This document shows positions 38,561 through 48,493 of a stretch of 64,000 nt of DNA, in pieces. Origin of the DNA: a virus. Its lineage: Duplodnaviria; Caudoviricetes. Below the pieces are notes generated by a model. That model made no database searches. It was not told the origin of the DNA and worked only from the letters and a program-made list of their open reading frames with translations. The position numbers and the translations under genes were made by a program. Every line of letters begins with the position of its first letter. Position 1 is the first letter of the stretch. Where the stretch lies: IMG/VR virus record IMGVR_UViG_2772190661_000001, positions 32,001-96,000 of that record, one strand, 5' to 3'.

Positions 38561-38971
38561 TCATCTACCACTCGCGGCCTGCGGCTGTGCGTGGTCGCGG
38601 ATCTGTTCGCTCCAGGTTTTGGGCGGGTCGATCGCGGCCCCGGCGGCAACGCCCGCCCGGTAGCCGCTCCCCCACGACGCGCTGTGGACGTCGGGCAGGA
38701 GCCCGATCGTGGCGAGTGCGTCGAGCGCTTCGCCCGGCTGGCGGAGACGCACGACGAGGCGGGTCATCCACCCGGTCCATTCCCCGTCGCATTCCTGGAC
38801 GGTGAGCGTGTCGCCGTTCATCTGGATTCGGTGGGCTGGCCATTCGCCGCGGGCGGACTGCCAGGTGTGGAGTCCGTCTCGGCCGGTGCGCGGGTAGCGC
38901 TTCGTCCAGCCGTGCTGGCGCACCCAGCGGAGCGCGCGGATGATGCGCAGCTGCAGGTCGGGTTCGGTCAT
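38561..38971 (-). CDS. Hypothetical phage protein
   Basis: ATGA overlap; Trp-rich. Confidence 0.5.
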   Translation of the reverse strand: MTEPDLQLRIIRALRWVRQHGWTKRYPRTGRDGLHTWQSARGEWPAHRIQMNGDTLTVQECDGEWTGWMTRLVVRLRQPGEALDALATIGLLPDVHSASWGSGYRAGVAAGAAIDPPKTWSEQIRDHAQPQAASGR

Positions 38972-39264
38972 CGTCGTCGTCCTCGTCTCGGTGTCGGGTG
39001 CTGGGTGCGTTCGTGCTGCCGGATGCGCAGGATCGCGTCGTGGTCTCCTGCGGCCGGCCCGGCGCCGGGGCAGCTCTCGCGGATGCACCGCCAGCCGTCC
39101 GCCTGCGGGATGTCGTCCGGCAGGTCGCAGCCGGGGTGAGTGGAGAATCCGCCGGCCGCCGCCGCGGGGTGGAGCGGCCAGCCGCAGTCGGCGGCGCAGG
39201 TGAGTCCGGTGTGCACGGCTTCGTCGAGGACGCGGGTCCGGCCCGGGGCGACGGCGGTGGTCAT
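38968..39264 (-). CDS. Cys-rich hypothetical phage protein
   Basis: CAADCGWPLHP...HPGC. Confidence 0.5.
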   Translation of the reverse strand: MTTAVAPGRTRVLDEAVHTGLTCAADCGWPLHPAAAAGGFSTHPGCDLPDDIPQADGWRCIRESCPGAGPAAGDHDAILRIRQHERTQHPTPRRGRRR

Positions 39265-39485
39265 GCGGTGCCACTCCGGACAAGGTCAAGAAGGAACGCT
39301 CTCCTCCGGACCAGGTCGAGGAACGCCGCCCAGGCGAGGAAGTCGAATTCGAGCATGGGCGGGAACGGGTCCCATTCCTCTTCCGAGGCGTAGACGAGCA
39401 CGCGGCGCTCCTTGGGGGCGATCCCGACCTCGACGCAGGTGTGCGACTCGCAGCGGGACGACTTCCGCCAGGCCATGTCAGCCAC
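39261..39485 (-). CDS. DUF397-family protein
   Basis: WRKSSRC...CVEV...F..AWAAFL signature. Confidence 0.8.
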   Translation of the reverse strand: MADMAWRKSSRCESHTCVEVGIAPKERRVLVYASEEEWDPFPPMLEFDFLAWAAFLDLVRRRAFLLDLVRSGTA

Positions 39486-39693
39486 GTCGCTTCCCGAACG
39501 CCAGGTAGAGGCCGCCGAGCACGAGCAGCACGGCGAGCGCGAACAGCGCGCTGATCCACAGCGGCGACAGGACCCACCACCAGCTCCAGTCGATGTAGCC
39601 GGTGAGCTTGAGGCCGATGAACAGGACGGCGAGCAGGCCGGCGAATCCGATGCTGCCTCCGCCACTGTTGGACGAGGTGGAGCTGCTGCTCAC
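39478..39693 (-). CDS. Conserved small phage membrane protein
   Basis: GGSIGFAGLLAVLFIGLKLTGYIDWSWWWVLSPLWI; AAGGAG RBS. Confidence 0.8.
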   Translation of the reverse strand: MSSSSTSSNSGGGSIGFAGLLAVLFIGLKLTGYIDWSWWWVLSPLWISALFALAVLLVLGGLYLAFGKRRG

Positions 39694-39980
39694 GGGGTCT
39701 CCTTCGGGGTTCGGTGCTGGTCCATGCAGGCGCACCCGCACGGCTTGGCCTGGGTGAGCGCGGCCCGCTGCTCGTCGGTGGTCGCGCCGGCGTGGGCGGC
39801 CTCGTCGGCGTCCATCCACGTGTGCGGGTCTGCCGGGCACTCCCTGAACTGGCACGGGTAGCACCTGGTCCAGCAGATCCCGGCGGCGCCGGACCCAAGC
39901 GCGACGGCGATCTGCGCAGCCTGGCCGTCGGTGAGCGGCGGGGCGTCCATCTGCGCGCGGAGAATGACGGGCTCAGCCAT
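39690..39980 (-). CDS. Hypothetical phage protein
   Basis: GAGGAG RBS; Cys motifs. Confidence 0.5.
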   Translation of the reverse strand: MAEPVILRAQMDAPPLTDGQAAQIAVALGSGAAGICWTRCYPCQFRECPADPHTWMDADEAAHAGATTDEQRAALTQAKPCGCACMDQHRTPKETP

Positions 39981-40668
39981 GGCGCGTCTCCTCGCCGGGT
40001 GTCTGCTGGTCGCGGGCCGCGTACAGGTCGTCCACGCTGGTCCGTCTGTTGAGCCAGTCGTCGATCGCCTGGTGGAGGCGGTCACGGTCGCGCTCGGCGT
40101 GCCGGAGCCGGTCAACGATCGGCTGGAGGTGTGCCCAGAGGGCGTCGCTGACGTACGGGACGCCGGAGCACGCGCACGGCCGGGTCGCGCCGGGGCAGGC
40201 GGGCTCGTCGTGGCAGTGGTGCCATTGGAGGTAGTCGGGGGCGTTCGGGTCGTTGTCGTCGGCGTCGTAGCAGCCGGACTGGACGATGACGGCGCCGATC
40301 GCGGCCCGGATGCGTTCCTCGGTGAGGGGCGCGTCGCCGTTCGGCCCGCTGAGAGCGTCCAGGGCGACTTGGGGGTTACCGGGGTATGCGGCGGGTGGGT
40401 TCGAGCCTCCTGCGGGGCGCTCAGCATGCCGGACGGCAGTCTCTGGTTCGGTCATCGGGTCTCCAATCAGGTCGAGCAACGTCGGCCCTGCCTGCCGCGC
40501 AACTGGCAAACGAGGGCTGGTCGCGTTTCGGGGGTGCGGGATGCCGTACCTGGCCGCGCAGTCCGGGCCGTAGCCGACCGCGCGCGACACCGAGTCCGTG
40601 AGGAGCTGGCCGCAGCCGCCACGGCACGGGACCGGCGTAAGGCCAGCGAAGGGCAGGAGCGCGGTCAC
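39973..40668 (-). CDS. DUF6011-like Zn finger fused in frame to a hypothetical protein (internal ATG at 40455)
   Basis: CRGGCGQLLTDSVSRAVGYGPDC motif. Confidence 0.6.
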   Translation of the reverse strand: MTALLPFAGLTPVPCRGGCGQLLTDSVSRAVGYGPDCAARYGIPHPRNATSPRLPVARQAGPTLLDLIGDPMTEPETAVRHAERPAGGSNPPAAYPGNPQVALDALSGPNGDAPLTEERIRAAIGAVIVQSGCYDADDNDPNAPDYLQWHHCHDEPACPGATRPCACSGVPYVSDALWAHLQPIVDRLRHAERDRDRLHQAIDDWLNRRTSVDDLYAARDQQTPGEETRHG

Positions 40669-41414
40669 GCGGTCAGCTCCGCGAACAGGTCGCCCTGGGC
40701 GAGCCGTGCCACGATCGCCTCGCAGTAGCGCTCGTCCGCCTCGACCAGCACCGCGCGCCGGCCGAGGAGCCGGGCGGCGACCGCGGTGGAGCCGGACCCG
40801 GCGAACGGGTCGAGCACCACACCGCCCGGCGGGCACCCGTATTCGATAAGTGGCGCCATGATCGCCGTCGGCTTCTCGGTCGGGTGGATCGCCCGGCCGT
40901 GCGCGGACGCGGCCTGGATGACGGACCGCTGCAGGCGCTGCCCGTCGTCGACGTACGACCCGCCGGAGATCTTCCCGGTGTGCGGTACGGCCGTACGGTT
41001 GCGGACCGACTTCGCGGGGCCGGGGCGGGCGACGCGCGGCACCTCGTGCCGGATCGCCGACCATGCGCCGCGATACCAGTGCAGGGCGTGCTCGTGGACG
41101 CGCCGGAACCGGTCGGCGGCGAACCCGCTGCCGTTGTGCTTCTCCCAGACGACGTCCTGCGACATGGTCCAGGTGGAGAACTCGAGCGCGCGCTCGAGGA
41201 ACATCCGCATGCTGCCGAAGCACCACATCGAGTCCGTGGCCTGTGCGGCGATCGTGGGCCAGCCGTCCGGCCACCGGTCCCAGGCCAGGGTCGTCTCGGC
41301 GTACGGCGGATCGGCCAGCACCAGGTCGACGCGGCCGAGGCCGGGCACGATCTCGCGCATGTCGCCGCAGTACAGCGTCACGGTCGCGTCGGCGTAGAAC
41401 GGGGTCGGCGTCAC
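40665..41414 (-). CDS. DNA methyltransferase (N4C/N6A, beta class)
   Basis: LADPPY precedes HPTEKP and VLDPFAGSGST. Confidence 0.9.
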   Translation of the reverse strand: MTPTPFYADATVTLYCGDMREIVPGLGRVDLVLADPPYAETTLAWDRWPDGWPTIAAQATDSMWCFGSMRMFLERALEFSTWTMSQDVVWEKHNGSGFAADRFRRVHEHALHWYRGAWSAIRHEVPRVARPGPAKSVRNRTAVPHTGKISGGSYVDDGQRLQRSVIQAASAHGRAIHPTEKPTAIMAPLIEYGCPPGGVVLDPFAGSGSTAVAARLLGRRAVLVEADERYCEAIVARLAQGDLFAELTA

Positions 41415-41632
41415 CACGGCATCCCGCCCAGGTCGTCCGGCACGTTGACCGACACGGGCGCGGTGTGGGTCGTCGGGCAGTCGGCGTGCCCGCACGGCGC
41501 CGGGACCGGCAGGACCAGGCCGGGGTTCTCCGGCCGGGTCGCCGTCCTCGTTCCGTCCGGCGCGGTGGCCAACTGCCAGCCGTGGCGGGCGAAGAAGTCG
41601 ACGGTCAGCCACGACATGCACACGGCGGTCAC
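41411..41632 (-). CDS. Small hypothetical phage protein
   Basis: GTGA overlaps at both ends. Confidence 0.45.
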   Translation of the reverse strand: MTAVCMSWLTVDFFARHGWQLATAPDGTRTATRPENPGLVLPVPAPCGHADCPTTHTAPVSVNVPDDLGGMPW

Positions 41633-42999
41633 GGGAACATCCCCATGTCCGCGAACTGGGCCACGTGCAGCTTCGACGCGACCGTGACGGTCTCCTTCGG
41701 CCCGTTCCGGTTCTTCGCCACGATCAGGTCCGCCTCGCCGGCGCGCGGGGACTCGGCGTCGTAGTAGTCCGGCCGGTGGATCAGGATCACCACGTCGGCT
41801 TCCTGCTCGACCTCGCCCGAGTCGCGCATGTCCGAGAGCTGCGGGATCTTGTCCGTCCGGGACTCGGAGCCGCGGTTGAGCTGCGACGGCACGATCATCG
41901 GCACCTCCAGCTCCTGGCCGAGGGTCTTCAGCTCCTTCGCGTGGGTGCCGACCTCCAAGTCCTTGCGGTCGAACTTCCGGGTCGGGACGAACCGCTGCAG
42001 GTAGTCGGCATAGACGAGGCCGAGGGCGCCGTGCCGCTGCCGGAACCGGCGGGTCTCGGTCCGGATCCCGGCGACGGTGTTCGTGCGGTCGTCGATGTGC
42101 AGCGGCCACTTCGCGATCATCTGGCTGGCGGCGCGGGCCTTCGCCATCTGGTCGGAGTTCAGGTGCCCGGACGTGAACGCGGACAGGTTGATCCCGGCGA
42201 CCGACGACAGCAGCCGCCAGGTCAGCTCCCGCCGGGACATCTCCAGCGTGAACACGATCGCCGGGTGTCCGGCCCGTGCCGCGGCGACCGCGAACTGCAG
42301 CCCGAGGGTCGACTTCCCGGAGCCGGGCCTGCCGGCCGGGATGATGAGCTGGCCGGGCAGGAACCCTCCGAGGAGGTCGTCGAGGGCAGCGAGGCCGCTC
42401 GACAGGCCGCGCGGGATCTCACCCGCGATGATCCGCTCCAGGTGCGCGAGCTCGTCGTCGCCGAACTCCGAGAATGCGGCGAGGCTGCCCGAGGTCCGTT
42501 CGACGGTCGCCTCATGTACGGCGCGCTGCGCGTCGTCGATGACCTCGCTGGTCGGGGTTTGCAGCGACTGCGACACCTGGACGATCCGCAGGCCGGCCTC
42601 GTAGAGCTGGCGGCGCTGGGCCCAGTCGAGAACGATGCCAGCGTGGTAACCGGCCGTCCCGGATGTTGTCGCACGGGCGAGGAGGGTGTGCAGGTACGGG
42701 CCGCCGCCGATCCGCTTCAGGTCGCCGGACTCGTCCAGGGCGCGGGCGACGGCAACCGCGTCGGTGGGCTCGCCGGACGCCCACAGGCCGGTGATCGCGC
42801 CGAAGATCCGGCCGTGCTTCGGGCTGTTGAAATGGCCGGCCTGGAGGATGTCGACGACATCATCAACGATGCGGGGCAGCCCCATCATCATGCCGAGAAC
42901 GACCTGCTCGGCGGCCGGGTCGGCGAGCCCGCTCTCCGCGTAGCCGGGGTCGGCGAGCTCGACGGCGTGCAGGTGCCGGGTCTCGGTGGCGGTGCTCAT
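41629..42999 (-). CDS. dnaB: Replicative DNA helicase, DnaB-like
   Basis: AGRPGSGKST, LEMS, DYLQ, SQLNR, RDSGEVEQEAD and AKNRNG motifs. Confidence 0.95.
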   Translation of the reverse strand: MSTATETRHLHAVELADPGYAESGLADPAAEQVVLGMMMGLPRIVDDVVDILQAGHFNSPKHGRIFGAITGLWASGEPTDAVAVARALDESGDLKRIGGGPYLHTLLARATTSGTAGYHAGIVLDWAQRRQLYEAGLRIVQVSQSLQTPTSEVIDDAQRAVHEATVERTSGSLAAFSEFGDDELAHLERIIAGEIPRGLSSGLAALDDLLGGFLPGQLIIPAGRPGSGKSTLGLQFAVAAARAGHPAIVFTLEMSRRELTWRLLSSVAGINLSAFTSGHLNSDQMAKARAASQMIAKWPLHIDDRTNTVAGIRTETRRFRQRHGALGLVYADYLQRFVPTRKFDRKDLEVGTHAKELKTLGQELEVPMIVPSQLNRGSESRTDKIPQLSDMRDSGEVEQEADVVILIHRPDYYDAESPRAGEADLIVAKNRNGPKETVTVASKLHVAQFADMGMFP

Positions 43000-43037
43000 C
43001 TACTGACCTCCGGGAGTCGGGATGCAGGTGTGGGCCG

Positions 43038-44060
43038 TCATGCGGACTGCCGCCCGCCAGAGGAAAGCCGGTCGGCGCGGCACGGGCCGCAGGTCGCTGC
43101 GTTGAACGTGGGGTGTTCGGGGCAGCGTTCGTTCGGCGGAACGCGGCGCGGGATCGGGCTGACGGGGGCGACGGTGGGCCGGTAGTCGTCCAGCCACCGG
43201 CTCTCGTTCAGCCACGTCGCCCCGTGGGCGATCGCGCGGGGCGGGGTGGCCTCGGCGCGGAGGTGCGCCACGTACCTGGCGAGCCCATCCGTCAGCACCT
43301 CGGCCGACACCTTCTTGCGTGCCCCGGTCCACGCCTTGCGTGCCGGCTGGCGGGCAACCTTCTTGGGGTAGCCGGACCACCAGGCGTCAAACTCGGCGTC
43401 CGCTCGCGCCAAGGCAGCCGCCTCGGCTGCGGCCTTGGCGGCCTTCGTCTGGGCGATCGACTGCTCGTGCAGCACCGCCATGCCGTCGAACCCGTCGAAG
43501 AGGTCATCAGCAGGCGGTCGCCGCGCAGCGGTGACCATGTGCTCTTGACCTTCGGGGTTGGGAGTGGGAGTGGGATCCCGGCGCGCAGGCGTGCGCGAGC
43601 CATCGTTTGCTACGGCGTTGCTATCAACGTCATGGCAAGCCGATGGCAAATTGCCATCCTCAGCGATCTCCTGAGCGCTAGCCTCGGCCTCACGCTTCGC
43701 TGCCCACCGCTTCTCTGCGCCGCGCTTGCCAGCCTCTGACCGGGCCTCTCGGGTCTTCTCCGTCGGCAGGTAGTCGCCAAAGTCGTGGAAGAACCAGCCG
43801 TCGTCGGCCGGGCTTACATCCCACAGCCCGTGCTGCACGAGCAGCTTCACGCCGACGCCGGCCTCCGACCCGAAGTAGCGGCGCGGGAGGCCTGAGGGCA
43901 CGAACCCGGGCGCACCCTTGCCCTTACGGCGGTTCCTGTTGACGTAGGCGAAGCACAGCGCCCACAGCCCGATGGCGGTCGCGGCGCCCTCCATCTCGTC
44001 GAGGATCGCGAGCACCTTGGGGTGGTCGTCGAAGTTGTCGTCCATCCGGCCCCAGCCCAT
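43038..44060 (-). CDS. Phage replication initiator protein
   Basis: WGRMDDNFDDHPKV N-terminus; FDAWWSGYPKKV...ATWLNESRWLD C-terminal domain; upstream of dnaB. Confidence 0.8.
   Translation of the reverse strand: MGWGRMDDNFDDHPKVLAILDEMEGAATAIGLWALCFAYVNRNRRKGKGAPGFVPSGLPRRYFGSEAGVGVKLLVQHGLWDVSPADDGWFFHDFGDYLPTEKTREARSEAGKRGAEKRWAAKREAEASAQEIAEDGNLPSACHDVDSNAVANDGSRTPARRDPTPTPNPEGQEHMVTAARRPPADDLFDGFDGMAVLHEQSIAQTKAAKAAAEAAALARADAEFDAWWSGYPKKVARQPARKAWTGARKKVSAEVLTDGLARYVAHLRAEATPPRAIAHGATWLNESRWLDDYRPTVAPVSPIPRRVPPNERCPEHPTFNAATCGPCRADRLSSGGRQSA
43599..43658. repeat. Iteron-like TTGCYA(T) repeats, putative phage origin inside the initiator gene
   Basis: TTGCTAC 43607, TTGCTAT 43618, ATGGCAA 43632 and 43643, TTGCCAT 43651. 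Confidence 0.55.
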
Positions 44061-45148
44061 CAGAGCAGCACGTCCTCAAGCAGGTAGGTGAGGCGGAACT
44101 TGATCGGCTTGCCGTGCCGGTCCGGCCACTCGGAAACCCCGGTACGGCGGGCGGCGCGCACGATGTCGATGAGGTGGTCGTCGCACCACAGGTCGTGACC
44201 TCCGCACACGTCCTCACACTCCGTGCATTCGTCGAGGTGGACCGGGGTCATCGGCCGGAACGGGCAGAACTGCTGGTCCTCGTAGCGGCTGTTGCAGGCG
44301 CCGTCCGGCAGCTCGTCGGCTTCCTTGAAGGCGCGGGCGTATCTGGCGGCGATGCCGTCGATCTGCACGCTGGAACTGTGCGGGTTCATGTCCCGGGCGA
44401 GGCAGGTCCAGCACTCCCGCTCCCGCTCGGGAAGGGCCGTCAGGTACCGCACGTTCAGGAGGCGCGTGTACTCCTCAATCGCGGACCTGAACCGGCTCTC
44501 CGGCGGCAGGTCCGGCACCTCGAACTCGGACTGCTCGTCGGCCCAGTCGAGACAGATCTTTGCGTCCCTGCGCGGGATCGATTCGAGGAGTTCCCGGATG
44601 ACGCGGTCCGCGTGCCCGAGCTGCATCTGCAGGCGCATAACCGCCCCGTACGCCCACGACGCGGCGCCGCCGGCCATCTCGGACTGGTAGAAGGCCAGCA
44701 CCCTGCTGGCGCCGCTGGAGGACGGCGGTTCCAGCAGGTGCAGGATCTCCTCGGCGAGCGCCTCGCGGGCGTCTGCGGCGGCGGGCCCTTCGACTGTGCG
44801 GCGGGTCTCGGCGGGCAGGTCGTGCCAGTTCAGCCGTAGCCACTCCTCGTCGACAGTGAGGCCGGGGATGGTCGTCATCTCGTTGTGCTGGTCGTTGTAG
44901 AGCGGCTTCTCCGTCTGGATGGCGGCCTTCTCCGCGGTGAGCGCGTCGGCGCGGTTGGAGTAGTGCTCCCTGCGGATGTCAACGACCTGGTCAAACCAGG
45001 GCTTGTCGCGGGCGTGCTTGGCGATGCGGGCGCCGAAGTTCGCGGTGATGCCGACGTAGAGGAGCACGTCGGCTCTGTCGAAGAACCGGTAGAGCACGTG
45101 GGGCCGGTCTGCGAGGTCGAGCAGTGCGGCGCTGACCCGTACGGTCAT
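44060..45148 (-). CDS. GIY-YIG nuclease-domain protein
   Basis: VLYRFFD...LLYVGIT...R..KH...AEKAAIQTEKPLYN. Confidence 0.8.
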   Translation of the reverse strand: MTVRVSAALLDLADRPHVLYRFFDRADVLLYVGITANFGARIAKHARDKPWFDQVVDIRREHYSNRADALTAEKAAIQTEKPLYNDQHNEMTTIPGLTVDEEWLRLNWHDLPAETRRTVEGPAAADAREALAEEILHLLEPPSSSGASRVLAFYQSEMAGGAASWAYGAVMRLQMQLGHADRVIRELLESIPRRDAKICLDWADEQSEFEVPDLPPESRFRSAIEEYTRLLNVRYLTALPERERECWTCLARDMNPHSSSVQIDGIAARYARAFKEADELPDGACNSRYEDQQFCPFRPMTPVHLDECTECEDVCGGHDLWCDDHLIDIVRAARRTGVSEWPDRHGKPIKFRLTYLLEDVLL

Positions 45149-45234
45149 CGGTTCCTCCTTCTATGTGGCGGTGCTGGTGCTGGAGCAGGTGGTGCGCCCG
45201 GCCGGGTGAGGTCCGGCCGGGCAGGGCGGGTCAG

Positions 45235-45651
45235 CTAGAACGGGTTCTCGCCGGGCGCGAGCGGCGCCGCGGGCGGGTCGTCCCACCGGTCGTCGTCGTG
45301 GTGGATCGGGCAGCCTTCAACGGGTTCGCGTTCGGCGCCGTCGTCTTCGCCGACCGGGTAGTGGTGGCAGGCGCACCACCGGTAGGCGTCGGCGACGGCC
45401 ACGACCCGCCAGTCCCCGCCGCGCGTGTGGACGATCCAGTCGCCGAACTCGGCCTTGACCCGCCCGGCCGCCGTGTAGACGTTCAGGCCGGTGATGTGCA
45501 GGCCGCCGCCGGCCGCGGGGTCGTAGTGCGGTTTGGAGTCGGCCCATTCCCAGACGGCGGCGCCGTTCTCGCGGGTGAGCTGGACGGCCTCGCCGTCGGG
45601 TGTCTGCGTGGGCATCATGGTGGTCTTGTCCATGCCGGTACCGCCGTTCAC
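45235..45651 (-). CDS. Hypothetical phage protein
   Basis: EAVQLT...AEFGDWIV motif; GTGA overlap. Confidence 0.6.
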   Translation of the reverse strand: MNGGTGMDKTTMMPTQTPDGEAVQLTRENGAAVWEWADSKPHYDPAAGGGLHITGLNVYTAAGRVKAEFGDWIVHTRGGDWRVVAVADAYRWCACHHYPVGEDDGAEREPVEGCPIHHDDDRWDDPPAAPLAPGENPF

Positions 45652-46604
45652 GCGCTCACCGCCTCGGCGACGCGCGGGAACTCGCGGACGCGCAGGTCGG
45701 GCGGCCAGAACTGCCAGTCGCCGCCCTTCTTGTCAACCCTGGAGACGGGCGTGTCCGACGCGGACACCGAGCAGGAGTCGACGACGACCTGCGGCGATCG
45801 GGCGGCCCAGACGGAGCCGAGCTGCTTGACGAACGGGGCGGTCCCGGCGGTACGGCATCGACCGACGAGGTCCCGCACCCAGCTCAGGTCCATCGACCGG
45901 GATCGGGGGCCGCTCTCGCCGCCGGCGATGAGCCAGTCGATGCCGGCCAGGTCGAGCGACGGGAGCGGCCCGAGGAGCGGTTCGGCGGAGATGAACCGGA
46001 CCGCGGCGGGCGTGTTGCGGAGTGCGTCGGCGCGGCGTACGTGCTGGTCGGACTCGATCGACGTGCCGATCCACACGTTAGGGAGCGGCCAGACGGTGCG
46101 GTGGTAGATGCCAGACTCCAGGCCGGGCACGTACGTCGGGCTGTGCGGCGTGGCGGCCCACTCCATGTCGGAGCGGAAGTGAACGCCCGGGGCGTGCCCG
46201 GACCCGCAGTCGCACAGGTCGGTGAGCATTCTGGCGGCGCGCTCGGGCCGCTTCGTGAGGATCTGGTAGGTCAGGTGCGGGGTGGACGCCATGACGGCAA
46301 AGACCCGGACGACGAACTCGCGCGGCACCCTCGCGTGGAAGAGGTCGCTCATGGAGTTGACGAAGATCATGCCCGGCTTGCGCCAGCGGAGCGGTTCGGT
46401 GAGCGCATCCGGGTGGACGGTGACGCCGAACCCGGGCCCGCTGGTGCGCGGGTCGCCGTCGTTCTGGTACTTCGCGGAACCCATGCCCTTGAGGCGCTTC
46501 GCCATGGTCAGCGCGTAGCAGTTGTCGCAGCCGGCGGTGATGCGGTCGCAGCCGGTGGTGGCGTTCCAAACGCGCTCGGTCCACTCGATCGAAGTCTCAG
46601 CCAC
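45648..46604 (-). CDS. DUF5131 (phage Gp37/Gp68) radical-SAM-like protein
   Basis: IEWT..WN..TGC....GCDNCYA, NSMSDLFH, LTKRP, SAEPLL and GGESG motifs. Confidence 0.92.
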   Translation of the reverse strand: MAETSIEWTERVWNATTGCDRITAGCDNCYALTMAKRLKGMGSAKYQNDGDPRTSGPGFGVTVHPDALTEPLRWRKPGMIFVNSMSDLFHARVPREFVVRVFAVMASTPHLTYQILTKRPERAARMLTDLCDCGSGHAPGVHFRSDMEWAATPHSPTYVPGLESGIYHRTVWPLPNVWIGTSIESDQHVRRADALRNTPAAVRFISAEPLLGPLPSLDLAGIDWLIAGGESGPRSRSMDLSWVRDLVGRCRTAGTAPFVKQLGSVWAARSPQVVVDSCSVSASDTPVSRVDKKGGDWQFWPPDLRVREFPRVAEAVSA

Positions 46605-47106
46605 GGGCGTTCTCCTCGCTGGTCGCGGACACGGTGGCGGTGCTGTTGGTGGCGCGCGGCCAGTCGCGGACGGCGGCGTCGAGCTTGGCGAGGGCCAGCT
46701 CGGCGGTCCGGTCGACGGGCCGGATCGCCTCCCGCTGCATCGCCTGCACGACCTGGTCGGCGGCCCGGCAGATGGGCTGCATGTCGATGACCTCGGAGCG
46801 CACCTGGTCGGCGTCGTCCATGAGCCAGCGCAGCAGCTCGCCGAGGTCCGGCATGATGTGGGCGCGGGCGGTCGGGTCTTCGGCGCGCCAGCGTGCGTCC
46901 GCTTCCCTCGTCCGGGTCCACTGGAGCTCGAACAGCGCGCGCAGGTCGCCGGCCTCGGCGTCGAGCCGCTCGATCTCGCGGACCAGGTCGAGGATGACGG
47001 TGCGCGGGTCGCCCTGAACGCAGGTACACGCGCCGGGCAGGCTGGCGTCGCACGGCCCGCACTGGCCGAGCCAGGTGTTGCGGATGGCGTCCAGGTCGAC
47101 GGTCAT
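46597..47106 (-). CDS. Hypothetical phage protein
   Basis: Coupled ORF; CGPC...CTC. Confidence 0.55.
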   Translation of the reverse strand: MTVDLDAIRNTWLGQCGPCDASLPGACTCVQGDPRTVILDLVREIERLDAEAGDLRALFELQWTRTREADARWRAEDPTARAHIMPDLGELLRWLMDDADQVRSEVIDMQPICRAADQVVQAMQREAIRPVDRTAELALAKLDAAVRDWPRATNSTATVSATSEENARG

Positions 47107-47294
47107 CGGATGGGCTCCGTTCGGTGGGCGGCGCGCACGTCGGCCAGGCTGTCGCCGCGGCGGAGGAACTCGTCGACGTCGGCGTAGAACCACGGGACGT
47201 GCCGGTGGTTGGTGATCAGGTCGTCTTGGCGGAGGACGGCCCGCCGGTAGCGGCGGTTCTTCGCGGCCCAGGACCGGTTGACGCGGCGGCTCAT
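47103..47294 (-). CDS. Small basic hypothetical protein
   Basis: ATGA overlaps at both ends. Confidence 0.45.
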   Translation of the reverse strand: MSRRVNRSWAAKNRRYRRAVLRQDDLITNHRHVPWFYADVDEFLRRGDSLADVRAAHRTEPIR

Positions 47295-47485
47295 CGGCCG
47301 TCCTCCGCCTGGTGCGGGTACTCGTCGTACGCCTGGATGAGCGCGTCAGCGGCGTCGTAACCGGGGTCGCCGCCGCCGTGCCGCCAGGTGGCGACGTGTT
47401 CGATCAGCGCGCGGGCGGCTGTGACCTCGGTCCGCCGGATCCGGCCGACGGCGATGAGGCGCTCGCACTCGTTCAGGGACTTCAC
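47291..47485 (-). CDS. Small hypothetical protein
   Basis: GAGGTGG RBS; GTGA overlap. Confidence 0.45.
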   Translation of the reverse strand: MKSLNECERLIAVGRIRRTEVTAARALIEHVATWRHGGGDPGYDAADALIQAYDEYPHQAEDGR

Positions 47486-48027
47486 GCCGCCACCTCGAGG
47501 TGGCGGCGTCCCGCGTGCACGCGAATGTCGAGCCGGCCGCCGATGGCGCGCGCGGTCCGCTGGTAGATCGCGAGCCGCATCTGGGCCGGGTCGAAGTTTT
47601 CGTTCTGGACGACCGCCGACGCGGACACCCCGATCCGGGCGCCGACGTCCTCGGCGCGCAGCCCGGCCTGTACGCGGGCCAGGCGGAGTTCGGCGGCGAG
47701 GAGCTTGAGCCGGATCCGGTCCGCGTGCCCGGGGGTGATCGGGGTGAGCTTCCGGAGCCCGTTCATGTACGCGTCGTCGGGCACGGCGGGCAGGCCGCGC
47801 AGCCGCAGGCCGACCGTGGCGTCCAGGGCCCTCGCCCACGCCAGGTACAGGCCTGCTCGGCTGCTGGTGCGGCGTTCCATCGTCCACACGCATCGGGCGC
47901 TGATGTGAAGCCGGCTGCCGAGCTGCCTGGTCGTCAGCCCGGCGTCGAGGCGTCGAGAGACGAGTGCGTCGCGGAGCCGGAGGCGGGCTTCCAGATCGTC
48001 GGGGTGGAGGTCGATTCCGGTGGTCAC
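47482..48027 (-). CDS. Tandem XRE-HTH protein
   Basis: Two HTHs: AGLTTRQLGSRLHIS and AGLRAEDVGARIGVS. Confidence 0.7.
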   Translation of the reverse strand: MTTGIDLHPDDLEARLRLRDALVSRRLDAGLTTRQLGSRLHISARCVWTMERRTSSRAGLYLAWARALDATVGLRLRGLPAVPDDAYMNGLRKLTPITPGHADRIRLKLLAAELRLARVQAGLRAEDVGARIGVSASAVVQNENFDPAQMRLAIYQRTARAIGGRLDIRVHAGRRHLEVAA

Positions 48028-48139
48028 GGCCACCACCGCCGGGACGCAGCCAGCGCGACCATTGCGACGACGCCGGCGGTGAGAAGGGTCGGGGCGATCC
48101 ATGCAGGCGCGGCTGCGGCGCCGAGCATCAGGTCGGTGA

Positions 48140-48493
48140 TCACAACTCACCGCCCGCGAGGATCCGGACGGCCAGCTCGAGCGCGTCCGCTTCACGGTCG
48201 GCGTGCTGCCCGACCGCGCTGGCCGGGTCGAGGTTGTCGGCGTACCGGCGCCGCGCGGCCGCCGCAAGCTGCAGCTGCCGCCTCCCCCAGATCGCGACCG
48301 CGTGCGCACGGTTCACGGCGCCGAGCCGGCCGAACGCCACCCGGCTGTAGTTCTTGACCGTGCCCTCGGACAGGTGAAGCCGCCGTCCGATCTCCGCGTT
48401 GTCGCAGCCGTCCGCGATTAGGACGAGGATCTCGTGCTGGCGGGAGGTGAGCACGCCGGACGTGGACCCGCTCACCGTCGTCGTGGTGGCCAT
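48140..48493 (-). CDS. LuxR-type HTH regulator
   Basis: LTSRQHEILVLIADGCDNAEIGRRLHLSEGTVK. Confidence 0.85.
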   Translation of the reverse strand: MATTTTVSGSTSGVLTSRQHEILVLIADGCDNAEIGRRLHLSEGTVKNYSRVAFGRLGAVNRAHAVAIWGRRQLQLAAAARRRYADNLDPASAVGQHADREADALELAVRILAGGEL